This document shows positions 9,801 to 17,935 of a stretch of 24,640 nucleotides of DNA, piece by piece; the stretch's first letter is position 1, and each line of letters begins with the position of its first letter. Both the position numbers and the translations under genes were made by a program. The notes under the pieces were generated by a model. It was given only the letters and a program-made list of their open reading frames with translations. It did not search any database and had not been told where the DNA came from. The stretch lies in assembly GCA_965662235.1 (NCBI GenBank), contig CBFIGY010000039.1, positions 1-24,640 on the forward strand. The letters are read 5' to 3'. Source of the stretch: an uncultured bacterium (GTDB lineage Bacteria > SAR324 > NAC60-12).

Positions 9801-10337
9801 ACGGCATTGACCGAAGCCGCGGCTCGCTACTACTTCAAGCTCCTGGCTTACAAGGATGAATACGAGGTCGCCCGGCTCTACACTGACGGGAGCTTTCAGA
9901 AGAAGCTGGAGGAGACCTTTGAAGGGACCCCGGAGCTCCGGTTGCACCTGGCGCCCCCCCTCTGGTCCCGGCGAGATCCCCAATCTGGCGAGCCCATCAA
10001 GCAAACCTTTGGTCCCTGGATGTTCCGGGCCATGAAGGTTCTCGCGGCCTTCAAGTTTCTACGCGGGACCCCGCTGGACCTCTTTGGTCAGACGGAGGAG
10101 CGGCAGATGGAACGGCAGCTGATTCGAGACTACGAAGAACGGGTCACGCGCCTGCTGCCTCGTTTGACGGCTCAGACGCATCCCACGGCGGTGGCGTTGC
10201 TGTCGCTTCCGGAACACATCCGTGGCTTCGACCTCGTCAAGAAGCGTCACGTTGAGCAGGTCTGGAAGCAAGAGGCCGAGCTGTGGGCGCAGTTTGACTC
10301 CTCTCCTCATCCTCAAACTGAAGCCTCTCCCAGCTAA
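6873..10337 (+). CDS. Indolepyruvate:ferredoxin oxidoreductase family protein (fused alpha-beta, 1154 aa)
   Basis: GYRGSPLG, NEDLAAT, WYGKGPGVDR, FCAGCPH, TPP motif MGDGTYYHSG...NDAVAMTGGQ, ferredoxin cysteines CEGCGDC...C and CNKDYSC...CP, beta-domain GVGGTGV and GLAQKGG, C-terminal YKDEYEVARL. Confidence 0.95.
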   Translation: MTLRKVSLEDKYTLESGYAFLTGIQALVRLPMVQHRLDQAAGHHTAGFVTGYRGSPLGTLDQQMRKAEALLKQHQVRFHPGVNEDLAATSVWGTQQAHLFGGQKYDGVFGMWYGKGPGVDRSGDALRHANLAGTMARGGVLALLGDDHTCESSTTCHQSEFAMMDAMIPVFNPSGVQEILDYGLLGWALSRFSGTWASLKCIHDTVESTVSAEVDPDRVRIVLPDDPEWIHADVHIRWPDTPQAQEKRLHEVKLPAVMAFARANQLDRVVWSAPEATFGIVSTGKSFMDVRLALETLGLDEARARHLGVRLYKVALSWPLEPLGLRDFAQGLRRVLVVEEKRGLLEPQVKEALYGLPEPPQVEGKRDASGAILFPSTMALDPNQIALAIGERILQQAPDEALRARVEELRHALAAELPPEPMSRLPYFCAGCPHNTSTRVPEGSRALAGIGCHYMAQWMDRGTAGFTQMGGEGASWIGEALFSNTPHAFQNMGDGTYYHSGLLALRAAVAARVNVTFKILYNDAVAMTGGQPMDGPLTVAQMTQQVLGEGVRRAVVVTDEPEKYGSGSGLAKGVTVHHRKELEALQREFQDLKGVTVIIYDQTCAAEKRRKRKRGEFPDPDRRIFINDAVCEGCGDCGVKSNCVAVLPLETELGRKRQIDQSACNKDYSCANGLCPSFVSVHGGTLKKRKAVPMNEAAPALPEPPPLSIKGTYNIVVTGVGGTGVVTIGALIGMAAHLEGKGVGIIDMIGLAQKGGAVLSHLRVANRPEEVHVPRIASHSADLILGGDLVVSGGSKALSTVQKGRTRMVVNSYEMVTGDFTRNADWLFPSLELKRNIEAIAGDGNAEFIDATRMATHLLGDAIGGNLFLLGFAFQRGYLPLSAASLEQAIELNGVAVEMNLQAFRWGRQAAVDLGSVRKAAFVPESTASAPPKSLEELIAHREQELTAYQGRGYARRYRKLVEQVRQAEQRLPLRSTALTEAAARYYFKLLAYKDEYEVARLYTDGSFQKKLEETFEGTPELRLHLAPPLWSRRDPQSGEPIKQTFGPWMFRAMKVLAAFKFLRGTPLDLFGQTEERQMERQLIRDYEERVTRLLPRLTAQTHPTAVALLSLPEHIRGFDLVKKRHVEQVWKQEAELWAQFDSSPHPQTEASPS

Positions 10338-10345
10338 CCTGTTCC

Positions 10346-11371
10346 ATGCGCCGTTTTCTGCAGGGGGGTGCCCTGTTGCTGGGGGGACTGCTGTCCCCCT
10401 CTTGGCTCTGGGCCGCCTGCCTCACCCCCATGCTGCACCGCAACCAGCTTCCCCCCAGCGCCCTCTTTCTGCAGCTCACCCCTGAGTCCGCCTGTGTGCT
10501 GGCTCCGGGAGAAGTGGAAACCCTGCTGAGCGTTCAACACAGCAACACCGCGATTGTGTCGTTTCAGACTCAGGACCAGCAGTCCTCACGTTTTGTCGTC
10601 GACCATGAGCGGCAGGAACGGACGCTGCGGGTCAGCCTCGGAGGACCCGAGCGCTGGCAGACGTCGCTGACCGTCCGGCACATTGAAGACAGCACCGGGC
10701 ACTGGGACAGCTTCATGCGCGCGTTTCATGAGGACCTGAACCTGCCCTACACCTCCCGGAAGCTGCTACCCGACTACAGCTACTCCTACCTCCAGTACAA
10801 CAAAACCCGCTACCGCTCCGGAGACGAGTCTGGACACCTGAAGCGACAGACCCCGGAGCAGGGCATGGGCGATGTGGTTCTGACGCTCAAACGGGGGCAC
10901 CTGCCGGAGGCGGAGGAGGGATGGAAGTGGGGTCTGCGTCTGGACGTCAAGGCGCCGTGGGAACGAGAGGCGCCCACGCTCGGGTCCGGAAACTGGGACC
11001 AAGGCTTGGGGGCACTTCTAGAGGGAAGCATTCAGAGGTGGCACTTCCTGCTCAACGCAGGAATCGTTCACCTGGGGAAAACCGAGCACACGGCCTTTGA
11101 ACAGGCCTCGCTCCTCTTTAACGGAAGCGTGACGGTCGAGTGGCAGCTGAGTGAGACCTGGGGCGTGAGTCTGCAGAACCTCGCCTCTTCGCCCCGGTAC
11201 GTGGTTTCCGGACCGGTCATCCGAGGCATCAGCTCATGGGAATCCACCCTGGGCGCTTCTGCGAGCTGGCGTTCAGGCGCCCACCGGGTCACCCTAGGGT
11301 TTACGGAAGACCCCAGCTACAACAGCTCAGAAGACTTCAGCCTGATCCTGCAGTGGCTCCGGACCTTTTAG
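10346..11371 (+). CDS. Putative outer-membrane beta-barrel protein (DUF3187-like)
   Basis: Signal peptide, amphipathic strands, WDSFMRAFHEDLNL and GMGDV...K...TLGSGNWDQG segments recalling DUF3187, C-terminal aromatic ending WLRTF. Confidence 0.65.
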   Translation: MRRFLQGGALLLGGLLSPSWLWAACLTPMLHRNQLPPSALFLQLTPESACVLAPGEVETLLSVQHSNTAIVSFQTQDQQSSRFVVDHERQERTLRVSLGGPERWQTSLTVRHIEDSTGHWDSFMRAFHEDLNLPYTSRKLLPDYSYSYLQYNKTRYRSGDESGHLKRQTPEQGMGDVVLTLKRGHLPEAEEGWKWGLRLDVKAPWEREAPTLGSGNWDQGLGALLEGSIQRWHFLLNAGIVHLGKTEHTAFEQASLLFNGSVTVEWQLSETWGVSLQNLASSPRYVVSGPVIRGISSWESTLGASASWRSGAHRVTLGFTEDPSYNSSEDFSLILQWLRTF

Positions 11372-11799
11372 GCGTTGAAGCCTGGGAGGCGTTCCAGCAT
11401 GCAGCCGTTGATCTTCCAGGTGCCATCGGCCTGCCGCTCCATGGTGTAGTAGGCGTTGTAGGGAATGCCGTCGGGCCCCACCACCTGCACAACCTGCACG
11501 ACGGCGCCATGGTGTTCCACCAGCTGCCCAAACTCCACGGAGCGGGGTCGGTACACCGGCTGGTAGCCCTTGACGACCATGTCCATGAAGCGTTCCGGAT
11601 TCTGGAACATCCGCTTGATGTTGGGCGCTGCGTAGGAAAACGCCAGCGGGCCGTTGTCTTGCTGAAAGGCATCCAGCTGCCCCTGAATCACAGACATGAT
11701 CGCTTCTTTGTCTCCGGATGGTTGCTGAATGTCGGACCAGGCGGGAGTGCTCCAGAAGAAGGCAAGGAGCAGGCAGAGTGACGTCAACAGCGTGCGCAT
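11368..11799 (-). CDS. Exported DUF4864-domain protein
   Basis: Signal peptide; VIQGQLDAFQQDNGPLAFSYAAPNIKRMF...FMDMVVKGY...YTMERQADGTWKINGC pattern. Confidence 0.85.
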   Translation of the reverse strand: MRTLLTSLCLLLAFFWSTPAWSDIQQPSGDKEAIMSVIQGQLDAFQQDNGPLAFSYAAPNIKRMFQNPERFMDMVVKGYQPVYRPRSVEFGQLVEHHGAVVQVVQVVGPDGIPYNAYYTMERQADGTWKINGCMLERLPGFNA

Positions 11800-11960
11800 G
11801 AGGCCTCTTGGGAGATGAGGTGGAAGAAAGATGAGGAAACTTCTGCAAACCTCTGACCACCTCAGTATGACGCAAGGAGCCCTGATGTCTCTCCTTTTTT
11901 CTCTTTTTCCAAGGAAGGTCTTTTATTTTTCCCTTTTCACAATAAACCCATCGGATCCAG

Positions 11961-12980
11961 ATGAATCGTCAAATTGTCCTCAAGTCCCGCCCCATCGGCG
12001 CCCCTCAGCCCAGTGATTTTGACCTTCAGGAACGCCCGCTTCCCGACCTGAAGGATGGGGAACTGCTGGTGGAAAACCACTGGCTTTCCCTCGACCCTTA
12101 CATGCGGGGGCGCATGAGCGACGCCCCGTCCTATGCCGCCCCGCTTCAGATTGGCGAGGTGATGGAAGGCGAAACCGTTGGGAAGGTGCTGGCCTCGCAA
12201 ACCCCTCGTTTCGCCCCCGGTGACTGGGTGGTGGGACGTGGACGCTGGCAGACGCACGCGGTGCTTTCCGCTGAGCAGGGACGCAAGCTGCGTCCGGACT
12301 TCCCGAAGCCGTCTCTGGCACTGGGCCTCCTGGGCATGCCCGGCGTTACGGCCTACACCGGACTCAAGCACATCGGCCAGCCGCAGCCGGGAGAAACCGT
12401 GGTCGTGGCCGCAGCCTCGGGCGCCGTTGGAGCCGTGGTGGGACAGCTGGCCAAGCAGTCCGGATGCCGGGTCATCGGACTCGCCGGCACCGAAGACAAG
12501 TGCCGCTACGTCACCGAATCTCTTGGATTTGACGCCTGCCTGAACCACCGGGCCTCCGACCTCGCACCACAGCTCAAGGACGCCTGCCCTCAGGGCATTG
12601 ATGTCTACTTTGAGAATGTCGGCGGCCGGGTCTTTGACGCCGTGTTCCCGTTGCTGAACGACTTTGCCCGCATTCCCGTCTGTGGCCTCATTTCCTTTTA
12701 CAATGCGACTGCGCTGCCCACTGGACCCGACCGGACGCCCCTGCTGATGCGGGCCATCCTCACCAAGCGCCTGACCTTCCGTGGATTCATTGTCACCGAC
12801 TTCCTGGCCGACTGGCCGGAAGCACTCCAGGCCCTAGAGCAGGCCTTCACTGCAGGGACGTTGCAGTACCGCGAGCAGGTTCTTTCTGGACTCGAAGCCG
12901 CCCCTCAGGGACTGATTGATCTGCTGGAAGGGAAGAACTTTGGGAAGGTTGTCGTCCAGCTGAAGCCAGAGGACGCGTAA
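11961..12980 (+). CDS. NADP-dependent oxidoreductase (MDR superfamily, CurA/YncB/prostaglandin reductase-like)
   Basis: LSLDPYMRGRM, LGMPGVTAYTGL, AASGAVG, CPQGIDVYFENVGG, GKNFGKVVV. Confidence 0.93.
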   Translation: MNRQIVLKSRPIGAPQPSDFDLQERPLPDLKDGELLVENHWLSLDPYMRGRMSDAPSYAAPLQIGEVMEGETVGKVLASQTPRFAPGDWVVGRGRWQTHAVLSAEQGRKLRPDFPKPSLALGLLGMPGVTAYTGLKHIGQPQPGETVVVAAASGAVGAVVGQLAKQSGCRVIGLAGTEDKCRYVTESLGFDACLNHRASDLAPQLKDACPQGIDVYFENVGGRVFDAVFPLLNDFARIPVCGLISFYNATALPTGPDRTPLLMRAILTKRLTFRGFIVTDFLADWPEALQALEQAFTAGTLQYREQVLSGLEAAPQGLIDLLEGKNFGKVVVQLKPEDA

Positions 12981-13001
12981 ACGCGATCGCGCTGCAGAAA
13001 G

Positions 13002-14564
13002 TCAGAAGGGGTAAAACGCGCCCACAGCAAACTGCTGACGTCCGTAAAGGAGGCGACGGGTGGTGAACTGCTTCTCGGCAGAGTACCGGAACTCCCATCG
13101 GAGAAGCCCCGCTGGCCAGAAACCGGTCCCGACTTCCCACGACTGGGTTGTTGCCATCGGTTCGCCTTCGGTGGCAGGAGCACGGTACTGATCCAGCTGC
13201 AGCCCCACCCGCCCAAAGACCTCGACCTGAGGCCAGAGCCACCCGACTCGGAACCAGGTCCGGGTTTCCAGCCGATCCAGCGTGGGGTCTTCTAGGTTGA
13301 GGCGCCGTGCCTGAATGAGGACGCTCCCGCGTCGGTCTCCATCGCGCTGTGCGGCCCTTACACTGACCCGTTCCACCTGCCCCTTCTGTCCGGGCTCAAT
13401 GCCGCCCTGCGGGCGCTCTTCGGCCACTTCAAGCGAGAGCCGTCCCAAGAGGGAGTGGTCGCGCCAGAGGAAGCCGACATACGGGCGGTGCTCTCGAGTC
13501 ACCAGACCTGCCAGGTTTTCATCCGGAAGCGAGGCCCAGGTGTCAACGCCCCCCTGCAGAGCCCACTCGGACCGGTCCCGGACGCCGTGCTGCCACTCCA
13601 GCTCAAGGCGCAGGTGGGTTTGATCCAGCTCCTGCAGCTCCGGACGGTCGTAGCGGGTGCCGGTCAGGTGCAGGCGAGTGGCCACGCGTTCCTCAATGCT
13701 CTGGTGCCGGGTCCACTCCACATCCAGAAACTGCCGAAGCCGTTTCCCTCCAGGAGGCCCCTCTGAATCAGCTCGCAAGAAGGGGTTCGAGTCATAAAGT
13801 CCCTCTGCGCCCACCAGCCCCTTCAGGTCATTCTGCTTGCCCCGAAACCGAAGCGCCGTCTCAGTTTCCAGAAAAACACGGAACACCTGAGTCTCTTCCG
13901 CCAGCACCGTCCGGACCCGCACAATCACCTCGCTTTCCTGCGGGGTGACGGGCAGCCGTTGTGACACCACCAGCTCATAAGACGGCTCCGACTGCGACTG
14001 CTCCTGCCCATCCACCCAGACGCCTAGGATGGGGGCCATGGCGCTGATCCGGATCTGAAAGAGGTAGCTTTCTTCTTCGGGAACCCGCAGACGCAGCACA
14101 GTGGCTTCGTCACGTGCTTCCGGAAGCGCCAGGAGGGCCTGTTCCTCCACAGTGTAGACGTCAGGAATGAGGGGCAGGAAGAGGAGGTGCGAGCGGTCGT
14201 CGTCCGTTGGTTGAGGCGGAGGCTTGGTGTACGCAGAGCACGCCAACGCCAAGGCCTCCTGGTCGGTGCCTCGAGCCATCAGGGCGCCTTCCAGAAAGGG
14301 GCGGCACTCCGGAGGTGGCTCCCGCCAGACGGTTTTGGGCTTCGGCAGCAGGCGGAGGCGTTCCGCATTTTGAGGAGAAAGGAAGCCGCACAGCGAGTTG
14401 ATAGCATCTTGCGACACCCCCTGACGCTCCAGCTGGGCGCGCTGCTCCAGTGTGCAGGACTCTTTGGCCAGCAGCCCCTCTGCCATCAGCAAGCACCCCA
14501 CGAGCAAGCACCCAGCCAGCGCCCCAATGCCCTTCAGCGGGAACCGCCTAATCCTAGCGCCCAT
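13002..14564 (-). CDS. Hypothetical outer-membrane protein: signal peptide, two C-x21-C modules, beta-rich middle domain, C-terminal beta-barrel
   Basis: Long ORF; GGAGAG SD before GTG/ATG (14567/14564); start overlaps the fecR-like 3' end; YDSN motif followed by alternating strands; ends VGAFYPF. Confidence 0.7.
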   Translation of the reverse strand: MGARIRRFPLKGIGALAGCLLVGCLLMAEGLLAKESCTLEQRAQLERQGVSQDAINSLCGFLSPQNAERLRLLPKPKTVWREPPPECRPFLEGALMARGTDQEALALACSAYTKPPPQPTDDDRSHLLFLPLIPDVYTVEEQALLALPEARDEATVLRLRVPEEESYLFQIRISAMAPILGVWVDGQEQSQSEPSYELVVSQRLPVTPQESEVIVRVRTVLAEETQVFRVFLETETALRFRGKQNDLKGLVGAEGLYDSNPFLRADSEGPPGGKRLRQFLDVEWTRHQSIEERVATRLHLTGTRYDRPELQELDQTHLRLELEWQHGVRDRSEWALQGGVDTWASLPDENLAGLVTREHRPYVGFLWRDHSLLGRLSLEVAEERPQGGIEPGQKGQVERVSVRAAQRDGDRRGSVLIQARRLNLEDPTLDRLETRTWFRVGWLWPQVEVFGRVGLQLDQYRAPATEGEPMATTQSWEVGTGFWPAGLLRWEFRYSAEKQFTTRRLLYGRQQFAVGAFYPF

Positions 14565-15297
14565 CACGCTCTCCAAATTCAAACTCCTCACGGCGCTGCA
14601 TCAGCTCAAACATCTGCTGTTCCTTACGCTGCACCGCCTCATTGAAGGGCAGAGGAGTCGCGCTCAGGGGCAAGGGGGCATGCAGGCCCAAGAAGGTCAG
14701 CAGCTCTTCCTCCGGAAAGGCTTCCCACGTCAGGAAGTGCTTCTGCTGCTCAGGAGTGGCCGGACGGGGACGCGTGGGCAAGCGCCGGTGGAGGAGGACA
14801 CTGAACTGACCGGCCTGCAGTTCCAACTGAGGCGACGCCTGCCCCGCCGGCTGCACCTGGACGGTTCCCTGCCGGACCCAAACCAGGGTTTGCTCATAGG
14901 CCGCCAGCACCCGAACCGTGGCCTGCTGAAACCGCAACACGCCCTGAGGCACCTGCACCTCCAGCGGATATATCCGGTCATTCCCCCGAAACGATGCCCG
15001 CCCGTGACGCAGTTGAAACCGGGTGGTTTCATTGTCGGGCACCAGTGTCAGGTACGCGGCGGGTCCCAACTCTCCGCCCTGCGAACGTCCCTCCATCCGT
15101 AAGGAGAGGCCTGAGTCAGGAGCCGTCTGCAGAGCGCCTCCGGGGAAGGGAGCACTCTTGCGCTCCCCTTCCAGCAAAACCTGGGGCTGCTGCAGACGCG
15201 CAGTCCCCGACAGGAGCGTCACCTGCCCCAGCGGCACCGCGTGGCCAAGGAGGGGAAGCATCAGGAGGATGACCCAAAGGCTCGTAAGACGAATCAT
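14554..15297 (-). CDS. Exported FecR-domain protein
   Basis: Signal peptide (…LGHA/VP), then GQVTLLSGTA...LQTAPDS...FQLRHGRA...VQVPQG...VWVRQGTVQV...LQAGQ, a FecR-like beta pattern. Confidence 0.72.
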   Translation of the reverse strand: MIRLTSLWVILLMLPLLGHAVPLGQVTLLSGTARLQQPQVLLEGERKSAPFPGGALQTAPDSGLSLRMEGRSQGGELGPAAYLTLVPDNETTRFQLRHGRASFRGNDRIYPLEVQVPQGVLRFQQATVRVLAAYEQTLVWVRQGTVQVQPAGQASPQLELQAGQFSVLLHRRLPTRPRPATPEQQKHFLTWEAFPEEELLTFLGLHAPLPLSATPLPFNEAVQRKEQQMFELMQRREEFEFGERDGR

Positions 15298-15400
15298 CAG
15301 CGTGAAGGAAGTTGGGCAAAAATCAGCCGGTGCTTAACTCTGTGGACGCCAGCATACCGAGCCTTGGGTTGGAGGAAAAGCCCGGAAACCAATTTGCTGT

Positions 15401-15427
15401 TAAAGTTTTTTTCCAAGGTGCCGATGA
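15401..15427 (+). promoter_or_regulatory. Sigma-28 (FliA) promoter of flagellin
   Basis: TAAAGTTT-N11-GCCGATGA against the consensus TAAAGTTT-N11-GCCGATAA (one mismatch), 51 nt before the flagellin ATG. Confidence 0.9.
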
Positions 15428-15438
15428 AGGAGTTAACG

Positions 15439-15471
15439 CGGCGGGATGCCGATTGAGACCCCCTTCAGGGA
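15439..15471 (+). promoter_or_regulatory. Putative CsrA-binding sites in the flagellin 5' UTR
   Basis: Hairpin CGGCG-GGA-TGCCG (15439-15451) presents GGA in the loop; a second GGA lies in the SD (CAGGGA, 15466-15471). Confidence 0.55.
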
Positions 15472-15478
15472 AACTGTT

Positions 15479-17083
15479 ATGAGAATCCGAAACAACTTTG
15501 CGGCCCTAGATAGCTTGCGAATGGCGCAGGCCAACAACAAAGCCGTTACCAGTTCCATCGAAAAGCTCAGCTCCGGACAAGCCATTAACCGTGGCGCCGA
15601 TGGTCCGGCTCTGCTGGTGGGAGCAAACAGCATGCAGAGTACCGCAGTTGGTCAACTGCAGGGACAAAAAAATGCGGAAACGGCCATCACTTTGCTTCAG
15701 ATTGCCGAAGGATCTCTCAGTGAAATCAGCGGGATCCTGACTGAAATGAAGCAGCTGGCGGTTCACGCGGCCAACGAAGCCGTCAATGACGACGCCATGC
15801 TGGAAGCCGACCAATCGGAATTTGAGCACATGCTCAACGCGATCAATTCGATTGTCGATGAGAGCACCTTTGGTGGCCGGAACCTGCTGGACGGCAGCTT
15901 TGGGGTCAACGGCACCACCGTCGGCGCCAACCTCCGCTTCGTCAGCGCTGAGCCGAACACGCCTTCGTCCCCGGCGCCCGGATTCCCCATTGACATCATT
16001 CAGGTCCCGAAGCAGCCTTACATCAAGGGTCCGGAGCCGCTGGTGCTGGATCAGATCCGCCAGCCGCTGCAGCTGACCTTCGAAGTGGAAGGGCGCGTGC
16101 TGCAGTTCGACACCTCCACCGGGGAAATTTCCAAGATCCTGGCTGAGCTGGTCGACAATGCTGACAAGCACCCCGACCGCTTCCCTGTGGAGCGCCTGAA
16201 TCAAGACGTCCGGGAGCAGCTCAACACCTCCCTCAACCGTTTCTTTGAGCGGGCCAACTTTCCCCTGGAGTCCAGCATCACGCATGATGGTCACCTCCAG
16301 GTGACGCACCACGAGTACGGCAGCGACGTGTACTTCACGGCCACCAGCAACGTGCCGGGCATCTTGACCAAAATCGTGGGAGATGCGGAAAACTGCGTCC
16401 CCGGTCAAGACGTTCAGGGCACCATTGCCGGCAGTGACGGCACCGGAGAAGGACGCTTCCTCACCGCACGTCCCGGATCGCCTGCGGAAGGCACCACCAT
16501 TGAGTTCACCGGACAGCCGGCCCTGGTGGAAGAGCCCATTCTTGATGAAGCGGGTCGCCAGGTCGGCATCGACTACCGGCTGCAGACAGATGAGGAGTTC
16601 GTCGGCAGCTACGACAACCCCATCGTGGAAGGTTACCTGCACATCTCGCAGCAAACTCGCTCCATTCAGTACGGTGGCAAGAACGACGAAGGCGTCTCCT
16701 TCTCGATCCAAAGCGTCCGGACCAACCGACTGGGCCAAGGCACCCACAACGAGAGCCAGTTCAACAGCCTCGCTGATGTGGACCTCCGTACTCCAGAAGG
16801 CGCCAAGGATGCCATCAGCGTCGTCAACAAGTCCATTGAGGACATTTCCATGCTCCGGGCTGACCTGGGATCCTTCCAGCGCAACGCCGTGGAGAAGCAT
16901 GCGGAAGCCTCTGCTGTCAACTCTGACGCCAACGCCGAAGCCGGTTCCCTTCTGCGGGATGCCGATGTGGCGGAAGAAGCGGCCAAGTTGGCCCAGAGCC
17001 AGATCATGCTCAACGCCAGCCAGTCCATGCTGGCCCAGGCCAACCAGAAGCCCAAGCAAGTCCTCTCGCTGATCCAGCAGTAA
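15479..17083 (+). CDS. fliC: Flagellin (divergent, with large central domain; 534 aa)
   Basis: N-terminal MRIRNN...EKLSSGQAINRGAD...QIAEGSL...LLDGS; C-terminal RADLGSFQ...LRDADVAEE...MLAQANQKPKQVLSLI; sigma-28 promoter upstream; ATG 15479 fits the SD and the family start. Confidence 0.9.
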   Translation: MRIRNNFAALDSLRMAQANNKAVTSSIEKLSSGQAINRGADGPALLVGANSMQSTAVGQLQGQKNAETAITLLQIAEGSLSEISGILTEMKQLAVHAANEAVNDDAMLEADQSEFEHMLNAINSIVDESTFGGRNLLDGSFGVNGTTVGANLRFVSAEPNTPSSPAPGFPIDIIQVPKQPYIKGPEPLVLDQIRQPLQLTFEVEGRVLQFDTSTGEISKILAELVDNADKHPDRFPVERLNQDVREQLNTSLNRFFERANFPLESSITHDGHLQVTHHEYGSDVYFTATSNVPGILTKIVGDAENCVPGQDVQGTIAGSDGTGEGRFLTARPGSPAEGTTIEFTGQPALVEEPILDEAGRQVGIDYRLQTDEEFVGSYDNPIVEGYLHISQQTRSIQYGGKNDEGVSFSIQSVRTNRLGQGTHNESQFNSLADVDLRTPEGAKDAISVVNKSIEDISMLRADLGSFQRNAVEKHAEASAVNSDANAEAGSLLRDADVAEEAAKLAQSQIMLNASQSMLAQANQKPKQVLSLIQQ

Positions 17084-17091
17084 CGGATTGA

Positions 17092-17114
17092 GCCCGGAGC
17101 TTCCCGCTTCGGGC
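17092..17114 (+). terminator. Hairpin after flagellin (probable terminator)
   Basis: GCCCGGAGC-ttccc-GCTTCGGGC, 9 bp with one G-U pair; pyrimidine tail but weak U-tract. Confidence 0.45.
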
Positions 17115-17145
17115 CCCCTTCCTTGCCCCTCCTGACGGGTTCCCG

Positions 17146-17784
17146 ATGATCTTCTACGACTACTTCCGTTCCTCCGCCTGTTTTCGGGTCCGCATTGCCC
17201 TGCGTCTCAAAGGGGTGGAGGTGGAGCGACGCCTGGTGCACCTGCTCAAAGGCGAGCAGCACTCGGAGGCTTACAAAGCGGTGAATCCGCAGGGGCTGGT
17301 GCCGACACTGCAGCTTGAGGATGGAACGCGCCTCACCCAGTCGCTGGCGATCATTGAGTTCCTCGACACGCAGTCTCCGCAAAATCCTCTGATTCCAACT
17401 GACCCTGTGGCAGCTGCTCAGGTCCGCAAGCAGGCCCTGGTCACCGCCTGTGACATCCACCCTCTGAACAACGTCCGGGTGCTGAACCACCTCCGCCAGC
17501 AGTTCGGGCAAGACGATGAGGGCGTTCACCATTGGTACCGGCACTGGATTGCCGAGGGCTTTCAGGCCCTTGAGGCGCTGCTGGAGCAAGACGCTGGAAC
17601 CTTCTGCTACGGGGATCAGCTCTCACTCGCTGACGTCTTCCTCGTCCCTCAGGTTGTGAATGCTCAACGCTTCAGCTGCCCGCTGGAGGACTTTCCCTTG
17701 ATCCGGAAGCACTTTGCCCACCTTTCGGCACATCCGGACTTTGCCGCTAGCTTCCCGCAGCAGCAGCCTGAATTCGAAGGCTGA
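17146..17784 (+). CDS. maiA: Maleylacetoacetate isomerase (GST zeta), second paralog
   Basis: YFRSSACFRVRIALRLKG, NPQGLVPTL, QSLAIIEFLD, ACDIHPLNNVRV, LADVFLVPQV. Confidence 0.92.
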   Translation: MIFYDYFRSSACFRVRIALRLKGVEVERRLVHLLKGEQHSEAYKAVNPQGLVPTLQLEDGTRLTQSLAIIEFLDTQSPQNPLIPTDPVAAAQVRKQALVTACDIHPLNNVRVLNHLRQQFGQDDEGVHHWYRHWIAEGFQALEALLEQDAGTFCYGDQLSLADVFLVPQVVNAQRFSCPLEDFPLIRKHFAHLSAHPDFAASFPQQQPEFEG

Positions 17785-17880
17785 CCTTCCCGCTCCCTCC
17801 TCCTGGGCTAGAATGCCGGGGAAGGAGGCGCCGGCTCTCCAAAATTCTTGTAAATTCCATATTTTTCCTCCGTCCGTTTG

Positions 17881-17889
17881 TGTTATGAT
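17881..17889 (+). promoter_or_regulatory. Extended -10 element for the hflX operon
   Basis: TGnTATGAT in an AT-rich spacer about 46 nt before the TTG start. Confidence 0.45.
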
Positions 17890-17935
17890 TCGGATTTGAG
17901 CCTTTTGACTGTTGCCCTGTTGTTTCAGAGGTTGA

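Noticed and set aside
16300..16325. HHEYG in the flagellin insert as a possible flagellinolysin HExxH motif
   Set aside because: The sequence is HEYGS, with no second His.
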